NCBI GenBank assembly: GCA_002104905.1
Contig: MCFE01000063.1
Span: 128,078-192,077 of the forward strand
From: Basidiobolus meristosporus CBS 931.73
Taxonomy: Eukaryota; Fungi; Basidiobolomycota
Length of the DNA stretch: 64,000 bases
Direction: 5' to 3'
How positions within the stretch are numbered: position 1 is the stretch's first letter; each line of letters starts with the position of its first letter. The notes beneath the pieces were generated by a model that saw only the letters and a list, made by a program, of their open reading frames with translations, was not told the origin of the DNA and made no database searches. This document shows, piece after piece, positions 40,511 through 52,655 of the stretch. The position numbers were made by a program, and so were the translations under genes.

Positions 40511-41479
40511 TTACTGTGCCAAACCAAACTGCAACTGTAAGAAATCAAAGACTGGAGCAACAAACTTTTCATACTCCTCACTACCATGGTTAATAGCAAA
40601 ATCAAAGACGTGATTCTTCTCTGGAACGATTTCCAGCCGAACCTTTCTTTCCGCCTTCTCAAGTTCTTTCGTCATGTTTAGAGAATGTTCGGGGGGTACC
40701 ATAGCATCTGCACCTCCGTGGACAAGGTAGGTGGGTGGGTAGGATGAATGAATATGATGTATAGGGGAGATATCTTTGAACTTGGGCAAGTCAGCCTCAG
40801 AGTTGGGATTCAGCCCAGTCATAACTTCTACTCTGCATCCATATTTGTTAGCGTTTGCAACCAGCTGATAGCGTGGATGGTTAGCGAATTTTTGAATTTC
40901 CGGGCCTCCCGTAACTGGATTTATCTCAAATGGGGTCTCTACAACAACAGGAGGGGTTTGCGCTGCTTTTCGGATTTGTTCTGGGAGAGACTGTAAAGAT
41001 GTTGTCTTCGTGGTGGAGCCTAGTTGTAGAGTTGGCAAAATCTCTGTTGCGGCGTAAAAAGCAACAATAGCATTGGGGACTTTTTTACTGTATGACCCTG
41101 CCAAAAGCGCCAAGGTTCCTCCAGCGGAAGAGCCCCAGAGTGATACTTTCTCAGGATTCAAAGTGCTCTTTGTCTTTTTGGGTAGCTCCTCTCGGACCCA
41201 GGTAACTACATCTATGACATCTTTATAGATCTCCCCGATAGGAGTTTGTGGAGCCAGGCGATAGTTTGCCGAGACCAGAATCCACTTGCGTCTCAGAACC
41301 TCCTCAACAATGTATTTTGGTACGGCTTCTTTGTTGCCGAGAACAAAGCCCCCACCGTGTAGATAGACTACAACAGGCGTTTGGGTATTAGGAATGATTG
41401 ATGTGTCTTCATATACATCAAGATCAATATCGACGCCCTCCACCTGTTTGTAGACAAAGCGCTGAGGAGTGGGTACCAT
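40511..41479 (-). CDS. Alpha/beta-hydrolase esterase (HSL-like/BD-FAE type), intronless
   Basis: YLHGGGF oxyanion motif, NYRLAP, GSSAGG nucleophile, LVHGGAD (Asp), KNHVFD (His). Confidence 0.9.
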   Translation of the reverse strand: MVPTPQRFVYKQVEGVDIDLDVYEDTSIIPNTQTPVVVYLHGGGFVLGNKEAVPKYIVEEVLRRKWILVSANYRLAPQTPIGEIYKDVIDVVTWVREELPKKTKSTLNPEKVSLWGSSAGGTLALLAGSYSKKVPNAIVAFYAATEILPTLQLGSTTKTTSLQSLPEQIRKAAQTPPVVVETPFEINPVTGGPEIQKFANHPRYQLVANANKYGCRVEVMTGLNPNSEADLPKFKDISPIHHIHSSYPPTYLVHGGADAMVPPEHSLNMTKELEKAERKVRLEIVPEKNHVFDFAINHGSEEYEKFVAPVFDFLQLQFGLAQ

Positions 41480-41604
41480 TGTGATTTTCAAGAAATTCGG
41501 AGGCTTAGATCCCATATATAATGAAATACAGCCCACGTCATTACGTATATGCGATATCTTGTAAAATATCCAAGTTTTCGTATTTTGACAATCAGGATGA
41601 ATAT

Positions 41605-42172
41605 CTAGCCAGTGAGTGGCTCAGGTGTAGCTATCCTTGGGTTACTCAACTGTATCTGTTCACCAGATTGCAAATGCTGGCTCAACTGTAAATGGATATC
41701 TGGGATGAGGTCTGGTTCTTCCGAAACCGGCTGCATACACAATATTCAGGTTTTTGATACAAACAGAATTACTAAACTGCACATCAACTCCTCTGCACTA
41801 GCTTCACGAAGCAATAGTTGGCCATTGTGAAGGCTGCGGTGTATGGCTACTGATGTTATAACTTTACATACAAGAGTGTTTATGCAGCATCCACTGAGCG
41901 TACAGTTAACGATTAGGAACGAAATATGCTCGCAGATATATATTGGGCGCATTGGATTCAGATATTGTTAAACATAGGTCATCAACTCTACAGCATAATG
42001 TTGGTACCGGTCGATGCAGTAACAGCATTCTGGAGCAATATATATTTGAGAGATCTATGGCAAGTTGGCTTAGGCTATGACACTGGAAAGCCATTGGCTG
42101 AAGCCTCCTCTCGTCGTGACCAATGGCTCCTTTCTTGGGGTTGTATGGTGAGTTAGCTGATTCGAAGACCAT
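41605..42172 (-). CDS. Possible small spliced hypothetical gene
   Basis: ATG 42172 (MVFESANSPYNPKK) and downstream exon-like blocks with plausible GT/AG ends (NGQLLLREASAEELMCSL; PVSEEPDLIPD...PEPLTG*). Exon joins not fully resolved; no family recognised. Confidence 0.3.
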
Positions 42173-42364
42173 TCTAGTTAATCGTGATTATAAGCGTTCA
42201 CGTACCCAATCTGGGCCGCTTGGATATTTACTTTGATCAAATCCAGTGACGTGAAGTCACATAACATACCACGGTCATTTCAAAAATTACCTAATTGTGG
42301 CTACATGTATATCATAAATTACAAAGTGCTTAATCACTGCTAATCCGCACTTCTTCAATTCTTA

Positions 42365-43480
42365 ATGCTTCTAAACAAAACACTTCCAAGCTTGAGACTC
42401 TTACAGTCAGTTAGAAAACTTCATACGACCCTTCCTACAGGTAGCTTAACGCCTTTTTATCCAGAGCCGAGTGATTTCTCAACTCGCTTGCAAAACTTTA
42501 GGCATGAAGGTCCTTACTATACCTGCTTTGGAGGATAATTACTCGTACTTGATTATCGACGAAAAAGCTAACGAAGCAATTGCTGTGGATCCGGTGGAGC
42601 CAAAGAAGATTCTCAAAGCTGCTACCGAAGCCCAAGTGAAATTGACCTCCGTATTTACTACGCACCATCATTGGTATTTTATCGGCTTTTATATGGTCAT
42701 TCATTTCTGCCAACTCATTTTCTCGCTCTTTACGCCAGGGATCATGCTGGCGGTAATGAAGAACTACTCTCATTGAGACCTAACCTGGCAGTGTATGGGG
42801 CAGATCCTCGAATTGCCAAACTAACAAATTTTGTAAAAGACAATGATACCTTTAAGGTAAACGGAGTGGTCCTCCACAATCGCTCAATGCAATCTAGCTC
42901 ATCGTTTCAATTTAGATTGGCTCTCTATCTATCAAAGGCCTCATGACTATTTGTCATACTAATGGGAGTATGAGCTACTTCGTAACCGATGACGCTGATA
43001 AAGCAGTCTTTACGGGAGATACCCTCTTTATTGGTAAAGCATATCTGATGTTATGTCTAGCGATTAGCTTTTAATCAGGAGGATATAGGTGGGTGTGGTC
43101 GATTTTTCGAAGGTACACCAGAAGATATGCACCACTCATTATCTTCCGTGTTGGCTTCGCTCCCCAAAGAAACGAGGGTATATTGTGGCCATGAATATAC
43201 TAAATCAAATCTCAAGGTATGTGCTAAGGAGTCTCGCCTTTTTCTGCTACGACTAAACTATTTGTAGTTTGCATTGTCCGTGGATCCAGATAATACTCGA
43301 CTTCAGGAAAAACTCATTTGGTGCGAGTCGAACTCGATTTCGGTGCCTAGCACCATCGGAGAGGAGCTGCAATACAACCCATTTATGCGTGTGACTGATC
43401 CAGTCATCCAAAAGAATATCGGAGAAACCAATCCGATTGACACGATGGCTAAGCTACGTGAGATGAAGAATAATTTCTAA
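42365..43480 (+). CDS. GLO2: Hydroxyacylglutathione hydrolase (glyoxalase II), multi-exon
   Basis: [37 protein letters not shown] (THxHxDH), [41 protein letters not shown]. Confidence 0.95.
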
Positions 43481-45171
43481 TAATCAGTAAACAAGCTCGC
43501 GAGAGGAATAAATACAGTGTAATAGGCGTTGATGTGCCAATGGACGAAATAGTGCTTCCAAGTAACCACTTACTGAAAATTTGAGCTTTGATGTATAAAA
43601 TTGCGGTAATTTGGCTTGATCCTTGGGCTAAATGGTCTATGTATGCCTATTCAATGCGGTCGCGGTACTGTCCCCTCAAGGGCGAGGATGATGTGTGATT
43701 TACTTCAGAATTTGGCGAAACATCGGCTATATCCAGGCTCGATAAACTTTTCGCACCCTTCCATAACTCATTGATATCTATTACCATAAAATACCGTGCA
43801 GTCATAGAGCTTGATGATGGTAAGATCACTTGGTTTCAGGTGTGATGGATAGAAATAAGTTACCCAGTTCCCACTCCCTGTCATTTTGGTATCATATTCA
43901 GCCCTCGATTCTAATTCTTGCATTTGCAGTCACTTGATCTATTCTCTAGAGCTGTATAACACAAGGCCATTGCTATTCATAGTTAGATACCCTGACATAG
44001 ATTCGTGCTCTCATATTGTTCAGCACATCAATTAGTCCATGTATGAGCTCTTCAAGGCTACTGCCACTATAGAATGCCACCAATGAGATAATCAGTAGGT
44101 TCTTTCTGGTCCAAAATTCATCTTCTACATATGGAGCATCCCAACATTTACCCGTTCATGGCGCCTTCCCAACTTTCCTAATCAACAAAGGTAGTATTAC
44201 AGGAGGAATGGGGCCCATAAAGGATAAAGCCAGGCGCATCTAGATTTAGAAGTGGCCTCGAGTGAACCGGAGTGTCGTCATTGTACCATCCTGCTTACAA
44301 AATGCATCAACGACCATCAACAGAAGATAATATCTTCAAATTTGTTCCAGGAGAGGGTAACAGACACGCGAATGCGTAGTATGTTAACATCCAGATGATC
44401 GTAGTATGTTGACTTTTGAATCATTGTGTTCGCGTTCCCAGTCGATGCTACACATGCAAACTCTGGAATTAGCTGTGACTATTCATTTAGGCACCGTGTG
44501 TTAGTGTTATCAGTCCAGTAGAGTCATGGTGCCAGTTTGTATTACCGCATCTGGTGAGTTATTTTTGGCTACATGCCGCAGAATGTTGTGCAATGATTCT
44601 CTTTTATACGATTGCTTGCAGTGCACTATTTAGGAAGTAAAGGAACATGTGAGTAGAGAAAATGTGCAACAAGATGCAACAAGTTACAACAAGTTCGAAT
44701 ACACAATGGGGTGACAACTCGGCAAATTGATAAGCCATTCATGTAGCCAGCCCTGCGCATTCTTGAAATGAAGCCTGACGTTTTGACTTTGCCATAACTG
44801 GATTTTGCAAGAATAGCAAAGACCATGATGGATAGTACCCTGAGGCTCAAGTAATTATAATTAATGAGAATGAAACCTGATTTGCAATCCCCGCTGTTGG
44901 CGAGAGAATTTTACTATATTTGAACAGTACACCAATATCATATCAAGATATCCATTCACAGTTTGTCACTAGTTCCGGTCTCTGAAATCCACCAAACTAG
45001 GTGTACAGGCCTGGGATATGAAAAAAAACTGCCACATGCAGCGGGAAGGTTGACCCTACAACTGCTATAAAATGTTGCCGAATGGTGCATTGATTTCACA
45101 ACCTCAAGTTTTTCACCGGTTGAAAACTCATCTCCATTTTTACTCCGTACTTTTTCTGTGAAAAAGATAAC

Positions 45172-46221
45172 ATGCTTGCTAAAGTTGCTTTCACTCTCAC
45201 GACTTTCTGCGCATTGGGCTCGCTGGTTTCCGCTCATATGGAGATGACAAACCCACCTCCACGTGAATCCAAGTTCAACCCCTATTACAAGGATGGCCAA
45301 ATCGACTATGATATGACCTCTCCTTTGGGTGGCCAAGTAAGTACTCCACATTAGGCTCCTTCACCACCTGTATATATCTCACCTAACCATCTTAACCCTC
45401 ACCTTGCCTCTCAGTGGACTTATCCATGCCGTGGGTACGGACCAGGCCCCAGTGTGGCCACCTATCAAGCTGGAGGAACCGTTGGAGTTGATCTCGACGG
45501 TGGAGCTGTCCACAACGGTGGCCATTGCCAATTCTCGCTCTCCGTTGACGGAGGAAAGACGTTCGTGGTGATGAAGACAGTGATGGGTGACTGTATGATT
45601 GCCGCTCGTCATTACGACGTTCCCATTCCCAAGAATGCGCCCAATGGGAAGGCGACCTTTGCCTGGACTTGGATCAACAAGACCGGGAATCGCGAATACT
45701 ACATGAACTGTGCGGATATCACCATCCAAGGCGGCAGCGGAAAGTGCATTAGCGGGCCCAAGAATCTGATCGCTGACCTTCCTGGATATCCCACCATCCC
45801 TGAGTTCACCAATGGAGGCTACGATGGGTCGGACCTGATGGCGAAGCGACCCATTGTTACCTCATGCTCGAATGGCAGTACCTCCGATGACAGTGGTAGC
45901 AATCCTCCACCAGCCAGCTCAAGCACCAGCTCATCGAGTACTCCATCCAAGACTGCCAAAAGCAAGCAAGGAGGCTCTTACAAGAAACCACAAGAAACAA
46001 GTGCACCTGAAGCACCTTCCATTACCACCGACTCCAACTCAGAGCCCACAGAATCACGAGGTCAACAGGCTTCTACTGGAGCTTCACAAGCTTGTGAGAT
46101 CAAGTGTTTGGGTGGCCCTAATTTCCAAGTTTGCGGTGATGGAGGGCAGACAGCGTTCCAAAAAAGGTGCGCTCTGGGTACAACATGCCACATGCAGGAT
46201 GGTCAGGCTGCTTGTACCTAA
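45172..46221 (+). CDS. AA11 lytic polysaccharide monooxygenase copy 1 with S/T linker and Cys-rich C-terminal CBM-like module, 2 exons
   Basis: Signal peptide ends directly before His1 (VSA|HMEMTNPPPR); HNGGHCQFSLS; WTWINKTGNREYYMNCAD; C-terminal CLGGPNFQVC...CALGTTC. Confidence 0.88.
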
Positions 46222-47445
46222 TCAGTAACAAAAAAACACACCAAATCTAAACTAAAATTGTATCAGTCGATCTACTGAAAGTGTTATTAAAAATTTGGTT
46301 TCGCATTATATTTTCATGGATCCTTGGAAGTACATCCAATATCTAGTTTCATCCTTATACATATTATCCTTTTTACTTCATAACGGCCCTGAAAGTTGCT
46401 ATTGCTAGTGAATTAAGCTAGTAGTAGGCTGTGCAGATAAGACAAGCGCAATATACCACATTGCATAAGTGGGCAATGCACCTTTAGTAACGGTTCTACC
46501 TGCCAAATCTTTCGAAGAGGCTGTCATGGACGGGAGTGAAGTCTAAAAACGCGGAAGTGATACAGCAATTCAGTGATCTCATCATTCAGTTTTCTGACAC
46601 TCAATTTGTACACATCGGGCTTTAATAGGAAATCAGCGCTCGGGGTCCCATAATACCCTAAAAATGTAGACCGTTTTAGGAAAAATTCGCAGGGAAATTA
46701 TGCAAATGAAAGATGGTTACTTGTATCACAACAGTGCGATCTCTTGAATACCAAAAACGATAGTAGCTTGATATGCGCTATTTTCCGCCATACACCGTCA
46801 ATCCTTTGTTCAATTGGAATGGAAATACAAATATATATCATAAAATCACCTGTACACTTGGCTGAACTCTAAACAATACAAAACAATATGCTGTGTTTAT
46901 TCGTCGGATTGTACCCAAGCGGATATCGGATGAACACGCTAGGAGTATATGAATCAACTCTCATATCACGAACTAAATGACTTACATAATATCAGCAGAC
47001 CAGAGACACTCGTACCTGTATTTACTAAAAGGGTTGTGGTAATTGAACAGCAACTACATCTGGTGTATAGTATTTATTACATCTTTCACAATATTCGACA
47101 AAGAGTTCTTGGATATTACCTGCTGTAGGTCTTGCATTTATTTACCCCCAGATAGTTATCAACTAGTCACAGACGCTAGTATGGATTTTCCGTTTGCCAT
47201 CACCGTTGTAGCAGGACTATTCTAAGTAAGGCTATTTTCGGCATCAATGTAGATCGGTAAAAGTATAGACGCTGAAATCTCTAAGAATATCCTCGTCCAC
47301 ACTTTCTTATTAAGTAGCAAAAAGGAGAATGGTATATAAGTGCCTTCCTGGCCCGTTCTATGATCATCATTTAAAAGTGCAACAGATTTCACAGGTTGAA
47401 ATCACCTTTCGTTACTCTTCTACTGCTATCTATCTTAAGGGTGAG

Positions 47446-48501
47446 ATGCTCAAAATCGCAGCTTCGGTGTTCCTTTTTGTCACTCTTGGTGCTCCAGTAC
47501 TGGCTCATATGGAGATGACAAACCCGCCTCCACGTGAATCCAAGTTCAACCCCTATTACAAGGATGGCCAAATCGACTATGATATGACCTCTCCTTTGGG
47601 TGGCCAAGTAAGTACTCCACATTAGGCTCCTTCACCACCTGGACATATCTCACCTAACCATCTTAACCCTCACCTTGCTTCTCAGTGGACTTATCCATGC
47701 CGTGGGTACGGACCAGGCCCCAGTGTGGCCACCTATCAAGCTGGAGGAACCGTTGGAGTTGATCTCGACGGTGGAGCTGTCCACAACGGTGGCCATTGCC
47801 AATTCTCGCTCTCCGTTGACGGAGGAAAGACGTTCGTGGTGATGAAGACAGTGATGGGTGACTGTATGATTGCCGCTCGTCATTACGACGTTCCCATTCC
47901 CAAGAATGCGCCCAATGGGAAGGCGACCTTTGCCTGGACTTGGATCAACAAGACCGGGAATCGCGAATACTACATGAACTGTGCGGATATCACCATCCAA
48001 GGCGGCAGCGGAAAGTGCATTAGCGGGCCCAAGAATCTGATCGCTGACCTTCCTGGATATCCCACCATCCCTGAGTTCACCAATGGAGGCTACGATGGGT
48101 CGGACCTGATGGCGAAGCGACCCATTGTTACCTCATGCTCGAATGGCAGTACCTCCGATGACAGTGGTAGCAATCCTCCACCAGCCAGCTCAAGCACCAG
48201 CTCATCGAGTACTCCATCTAAGGCTGCTACTAGCAAGAAAGGTAAAGGAGAATCATATAAGAAGCCAGAGGAGGCTAGAAACGAAGTACCTGCTACTGGC
48301 AATTCCTCCGGCTCTGGTACTGGTGCTGGGACTAATTATCCTTCAGAGCCATCAAATGGGAATCCTACCACTTGTGAGAGCAAGTGCCTTGGTGGACCCC
48401 ACTTTCAAGTTTGCGGTAATGGAGGCACCACTGCCTTCAAGATGGTTTGCGCCTTGGGCACTACCTGCCATATGCAAGATGGCGTAGTCGCTTGCTACTA
48501 A
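47446..48501 (+). CDS. AA11 lytic polysaccharide monooxygenase copy 2, 2 exons
   Basis: VLA|HMEMTNPPPR; catalytic domain identical in protein to copy 1; different signal peptide, distal linker and C-terminal module (CLGGPHFQVC...CALGTTC). Confidence 0.88.
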
Positions 48502-49074
48502 TTTATTAGGCATTCAATATTTTTGGATTAATTCTAAATATGCATTACATTTGAACCTCGAGGTCTCTTTCAATTGGATCTTAATTATGGGCATTTGAAG
48601 CCAGATCAGTTTGAAGTATATAAAGTACTTGGAATATTTCCAACGTCCAGTATTCAATGGCAACCGCTCTTATTGGCAGTTTTATTATATTTATGTACAT
48701 TGCGTTTGAAGCTATATTGCGAGTTACTTCTGGCACATCGCAGTAGGTCTCAATTTACGCGAGTAGGGTGTGTTGAATATGATTATTGGATTTGGTCTGG
48801 GAATCATGTTCGTATGGCTTGCATTTCATGACTCGATCAGTGATTACCTATTTCATTTCTTTTATACCCCCCTTCCCATTGGCATTAGGGCTGATTGGCT
48901 ATTTAGGGCTGGTTTGTTACTTGTTGACAGTACAAAGTATCAGAATATTTGGAACAAAGTAAACTTTTATTGCTCTCAATTGCGAATGTCGATGTGTATT
49001 TCTTTGCCACAACTGAGCAAGTGCATAGCCCCATAAGCCGTTAGCCTTCATGTTGGGTCAGCTGCCACATATGA

Positions 49075-50166
49075 TCAAATATTTTTTAGCTGATTACCAA
49101 GAGATAGACGGCTGTCGTGTTCTTGAACGCGCTCTTCACAATCGGCATCCTGATGAATCAAGTATCCTGACCAGCCCTCTGAACTACACCTCCAGCCATT
49201 GATATGAGCAAGGTAAGTCAAAATTGATTGGTCTTGTCGATGATTCGCTCTGCTAGACCCCTTGGGTGCAATGCAATCCTGGCGTAGAGCGCACTCCCTA
49301 AAGGGCCGTATGACGGTGTTCATTATGGTTCGATTTTCGCTATTCAAGCCTATAAGTGCGCCATTACAGTTCCTCAAATTAGAGTATTTTTCGATCGAAT
49401 CCTTGAAGAAATCGAACACGCCTGGATGTGTGTAATCCCTCACTGTCCCACTACTGCTTGGACTCCAGAATCCGTGCTCTTCGATATGCCTAACCGCTTT
49501 GCGAAGAAAATGTGGGAAGACACGATTTCCAGAATCCATCCAAAGTAGTGCACCTGGAAACTCGTCCGCAACTTCATTGATCATACCTGCTTTCCAGGCG
49601 TACTCTCCACGGCTCTTGTTGATATCCCAAAATTTCGGGTATTTTGTAAAATCGAATCTTTTAAGGTGATGGAAATAACCTTTATCCTGCAGACCAAGTA
49701 ACTTGGACCGCTCCTCATCCCGTAAATTCATGTCATAAACCACGATTCTTGGTAATGCTCTCTTATCCAGGAACGATCTAGTATCATGCAGAGAGTACAG
49801 GAATCCCAGCAAAGGGCAGAAGTGGTTCGGGCTTGCTGCTGTGACTATAGTGTAGCGAAAGTGATCTGAGATTAACTTCTCCTGATCTCCTTGGGCTGTC
49901 TATTGTATTAGAAGCAAATCTTTCAGGTTCAAGCAGAAAGAAAATTTACCGATGCCACAGGTAGAATTCGCCTTGAAATTCCTCAATTTTGTCATACCAA
50001 AAAACCCCGCTCCTATCAACAATAAGAACACCTGGAAAAGAAAACTCCTTCTCACAGAGAGATGGCGATAATTGTTGTTTTCTGGAAGAGCCTTTTTTTT
50101 TATGTGTGGTATCTTTGGTGTTGTTTGGAAAGCCTTGTTTGTCGCAATCTTGGATAATGGCATCAT
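49075..50166 (-). CDS. DUF1647-family type II membrane protein (putative glycosyltransferase-like), 2 exons
   Basis: N-terminal TM (RRSFLFQVFLLLIGAGFFG) spliced to YTIVTAASPNHF, IVVYDMNL, FDFTKYP, YAWKAGMINEV, LLWMDSG, ECALRQDCIAP.GS...HRQDQSILT. Confidence 0.75.
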
Positions 50167-51277
50167 CAGCTATGGTAAAAATTCGGGGATGGTCCGGATT
50201 TGTTGACAGGCGGGTAGCAAAGAGGTTGGCTGAAAGATACAAACTGAGCTCAAGTAGGATGTATATTCTTTATGGTACAAGCAGAAAAAGAACCGTGGAA
50301 TACGGAGAATGAACAAGAAAAGTGAACAAAAGTGCGCAGTTGAAACGAAGTTAGTAGAAAAGAGCCTGCTTTTCTTCCCAAGATACTGGTATGTGTGTGC
50401 CTGGACTCAAACCACACCCAGGCTTTTATACGAAAACACGGTGTTCACCAGATAGCACGGTTGATACTAAAGGAATATCTATCATATGCTAACTCGTTTT
50501 CCCACTGCGCTGATCCCCTGCATGCTCTAATCCTAATTGGATTGCTTGGTTGGGGTAATCAAATCAGGTCAGATTAGTGTGAAGACCCAAAAGCCATTGC
50601 TTATTGCTCATACTCCTCTAAATTTCCAATATATATCAAAGGAGCTGATTTAACTATCCCCTATGTGTAATTAGAATAATTAGAATAGGTGATATAGCGG
50701 ATGTTGCGTTGTCTCATTTCCCATATCTCCAAAACGGAAATTTGGACTTGTAAACCTGACAAAAACGGAAAAATTTCCACTTGCTACTAGCATATGTTCA
50801 AGGTCGTTTCAGATTCATTTTGGATGATAAAACCAGATTGGCTGAAATGTCACTTTCGTAAGAATCCTCAAACTAGTTGCTAGTACAATGAGTTCTTTGG
50901 CAATTATCAATCTATGTGTAAGAGTTATTGGTACAGGAACTTGTGGTACGAGAACAATCCACCAGTCACGATTGAATACACCACCAAGTTCAATACATAT
51001 CCAAATTTTGCACCTGGCAATTGTGCCTGTAAACCTGCTGAAATTCTTGAACTTTCGACTGTTTTCAGGAACACTCAGTGCTAAGTGCGGAATATAGTAA
51101 TTGTAGCATTCCTTACCCGTGATACTGCTTTCAAAAACTGCTGTTTAGGATATTGTTCATGTGTCCAATTCGAAGTAGAAATCTACTACTTTTCTTCAGG
51201 TCTCGTCCTACCTCGAGTAATATTTGTAATGTATTTATAGCGATTGCAACTGTAATGACCATTCGGATAACTTAACT

Positions 51278-51784
51278 TTAAACCGGAAGCCAGATTTCTT
51301 GCATAATCTTATTAAAACCATAGTCAAATTCAACCTGCCAATATCTTAATTCCTCAAAGGGCTGTAAAATAATTGGGAAGAGCCGCTAACTACATTCAGG
51401 GATTTCCCTCACACTACCCTTGCCAACACTCCCTGTTGATGCGCTTTGTAAGGCATAATAGGTATGCACAAAGCCCTGCCCCTCTACACGTTGCAAATAG
51501 CTATACCTTTCCAAAAACATTCTGGGATATCCAAATACTTCTATCCCTTTCGCCTGTATCTTCAAGGTGATTCCATTTGTAGACCAACTTTATTAGTGCT
51601 CTGTAAGCATTAATGGCTGTCATGATGGCGATGGCTCGATTATAACCACAATGGCCAGCGCCCGCATAACATATCGAATAGGAGAGCTCTTGAGTCAACT
51701 GTGTAAATGCTTATTAAGGGTACAGTGAAAGCAGCGCATACCGTTTGATGATGCACTTACATATGGGTTGGACAGTGGTGGCAT
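51278..51784 (-). CDS. Possible 3-exon hypothetical protein (about 105 aa)
   Basis: In-frame splicing (GTAAGT..ACAG, GTATAG..ACAG) gives MPPLSNPY/LTQELSYSICYAGAGHCG...QNVFGK/PFEELRYWQVEFDYGFNKIMQEIWLPV. No family recognised. Confidence 0.3.
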
Positions 51785-52655
51785 CGCTATGTGTGCAATG
51801 TTCAAAAGGCGCTATTTGCAAGGTAGGTTGTACAGTGTAATTTATTTGGTATCCTAGTAAGCCTGAAACCCGGCTGATTTTGGCCAAACGTTTCAAGACC
51901 CTAAGAAATTCCGCCTTGGCACATGTGATGGTATGAGTCCATTGTGGCACGAAAAATCAGTGGTAGTATCTGGCCAATAGATGAAAATCCCCGCGTCCTT
52001 CATCTACCACCAAAGAAAACGGCACGTCCAATGGATTTGTTGCTGGTATGCCCATGAGCTTCTGATTAGATATCAGCGATTCAATTTAAGGTTGGTAGGT
52101 TAATTTATCCCATCACTGTCTGACGACTTAGTATACACCATTAGCTTGCTATGCCATTTATATGTAGTCTTCCTACTAGGATACATAGATAGCTCAGCCA
52201 AGTCAATTTGCTCTCTTCATCAACAATTGAATACTCAATGGAGTTATAGAGTACTCGTTCCGAGCCAATGCCACCTGGAATTCAGATTCGACATGCTTTA
52301 GGATTGTGGTCGTTCCATAACACAAACGATCTCATCCAATACAATAAAAACGTTTTCCCAACTATTGCATCAGGTTTTTAGTACTCTACTTTATGCGGAT
52401 CATCCACATTCCCACGTTGTCCATTTATTGGTAATCATAGAGTGCCATCTCACAAATGTTACTTCGGGCACGAAAGTTCCACATCCAGTGTTTTCATCTA
52501 CGCTGGACCAATGAATTCCACATGAGGGGAAGCTTTCCTGTTCTGAGTATATACCTTTTAGAGGCGGGGACATCAAGCTTCTTGTGATATAAATTTCATA
52601 GCTGGCAACTTGGTGATTACCTATCGGGACTTCACTAGTCATTGCTGATCTAGAA

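Noticed and set aside
25755-41479. Horizontal transfer of the intronless PL14, esterase and PLA2-like genes
   Set aside because: Clearly native genes here (PCNA, COX5) are also intronless and the composition is not visibly different; only phylogenies could support transfer.
43600-44900. Possible pseudogene or TE relic upstream of AA11 copy 1
   Set aside because: All six frames are heavily interrupted and no diagnostic motif was found.
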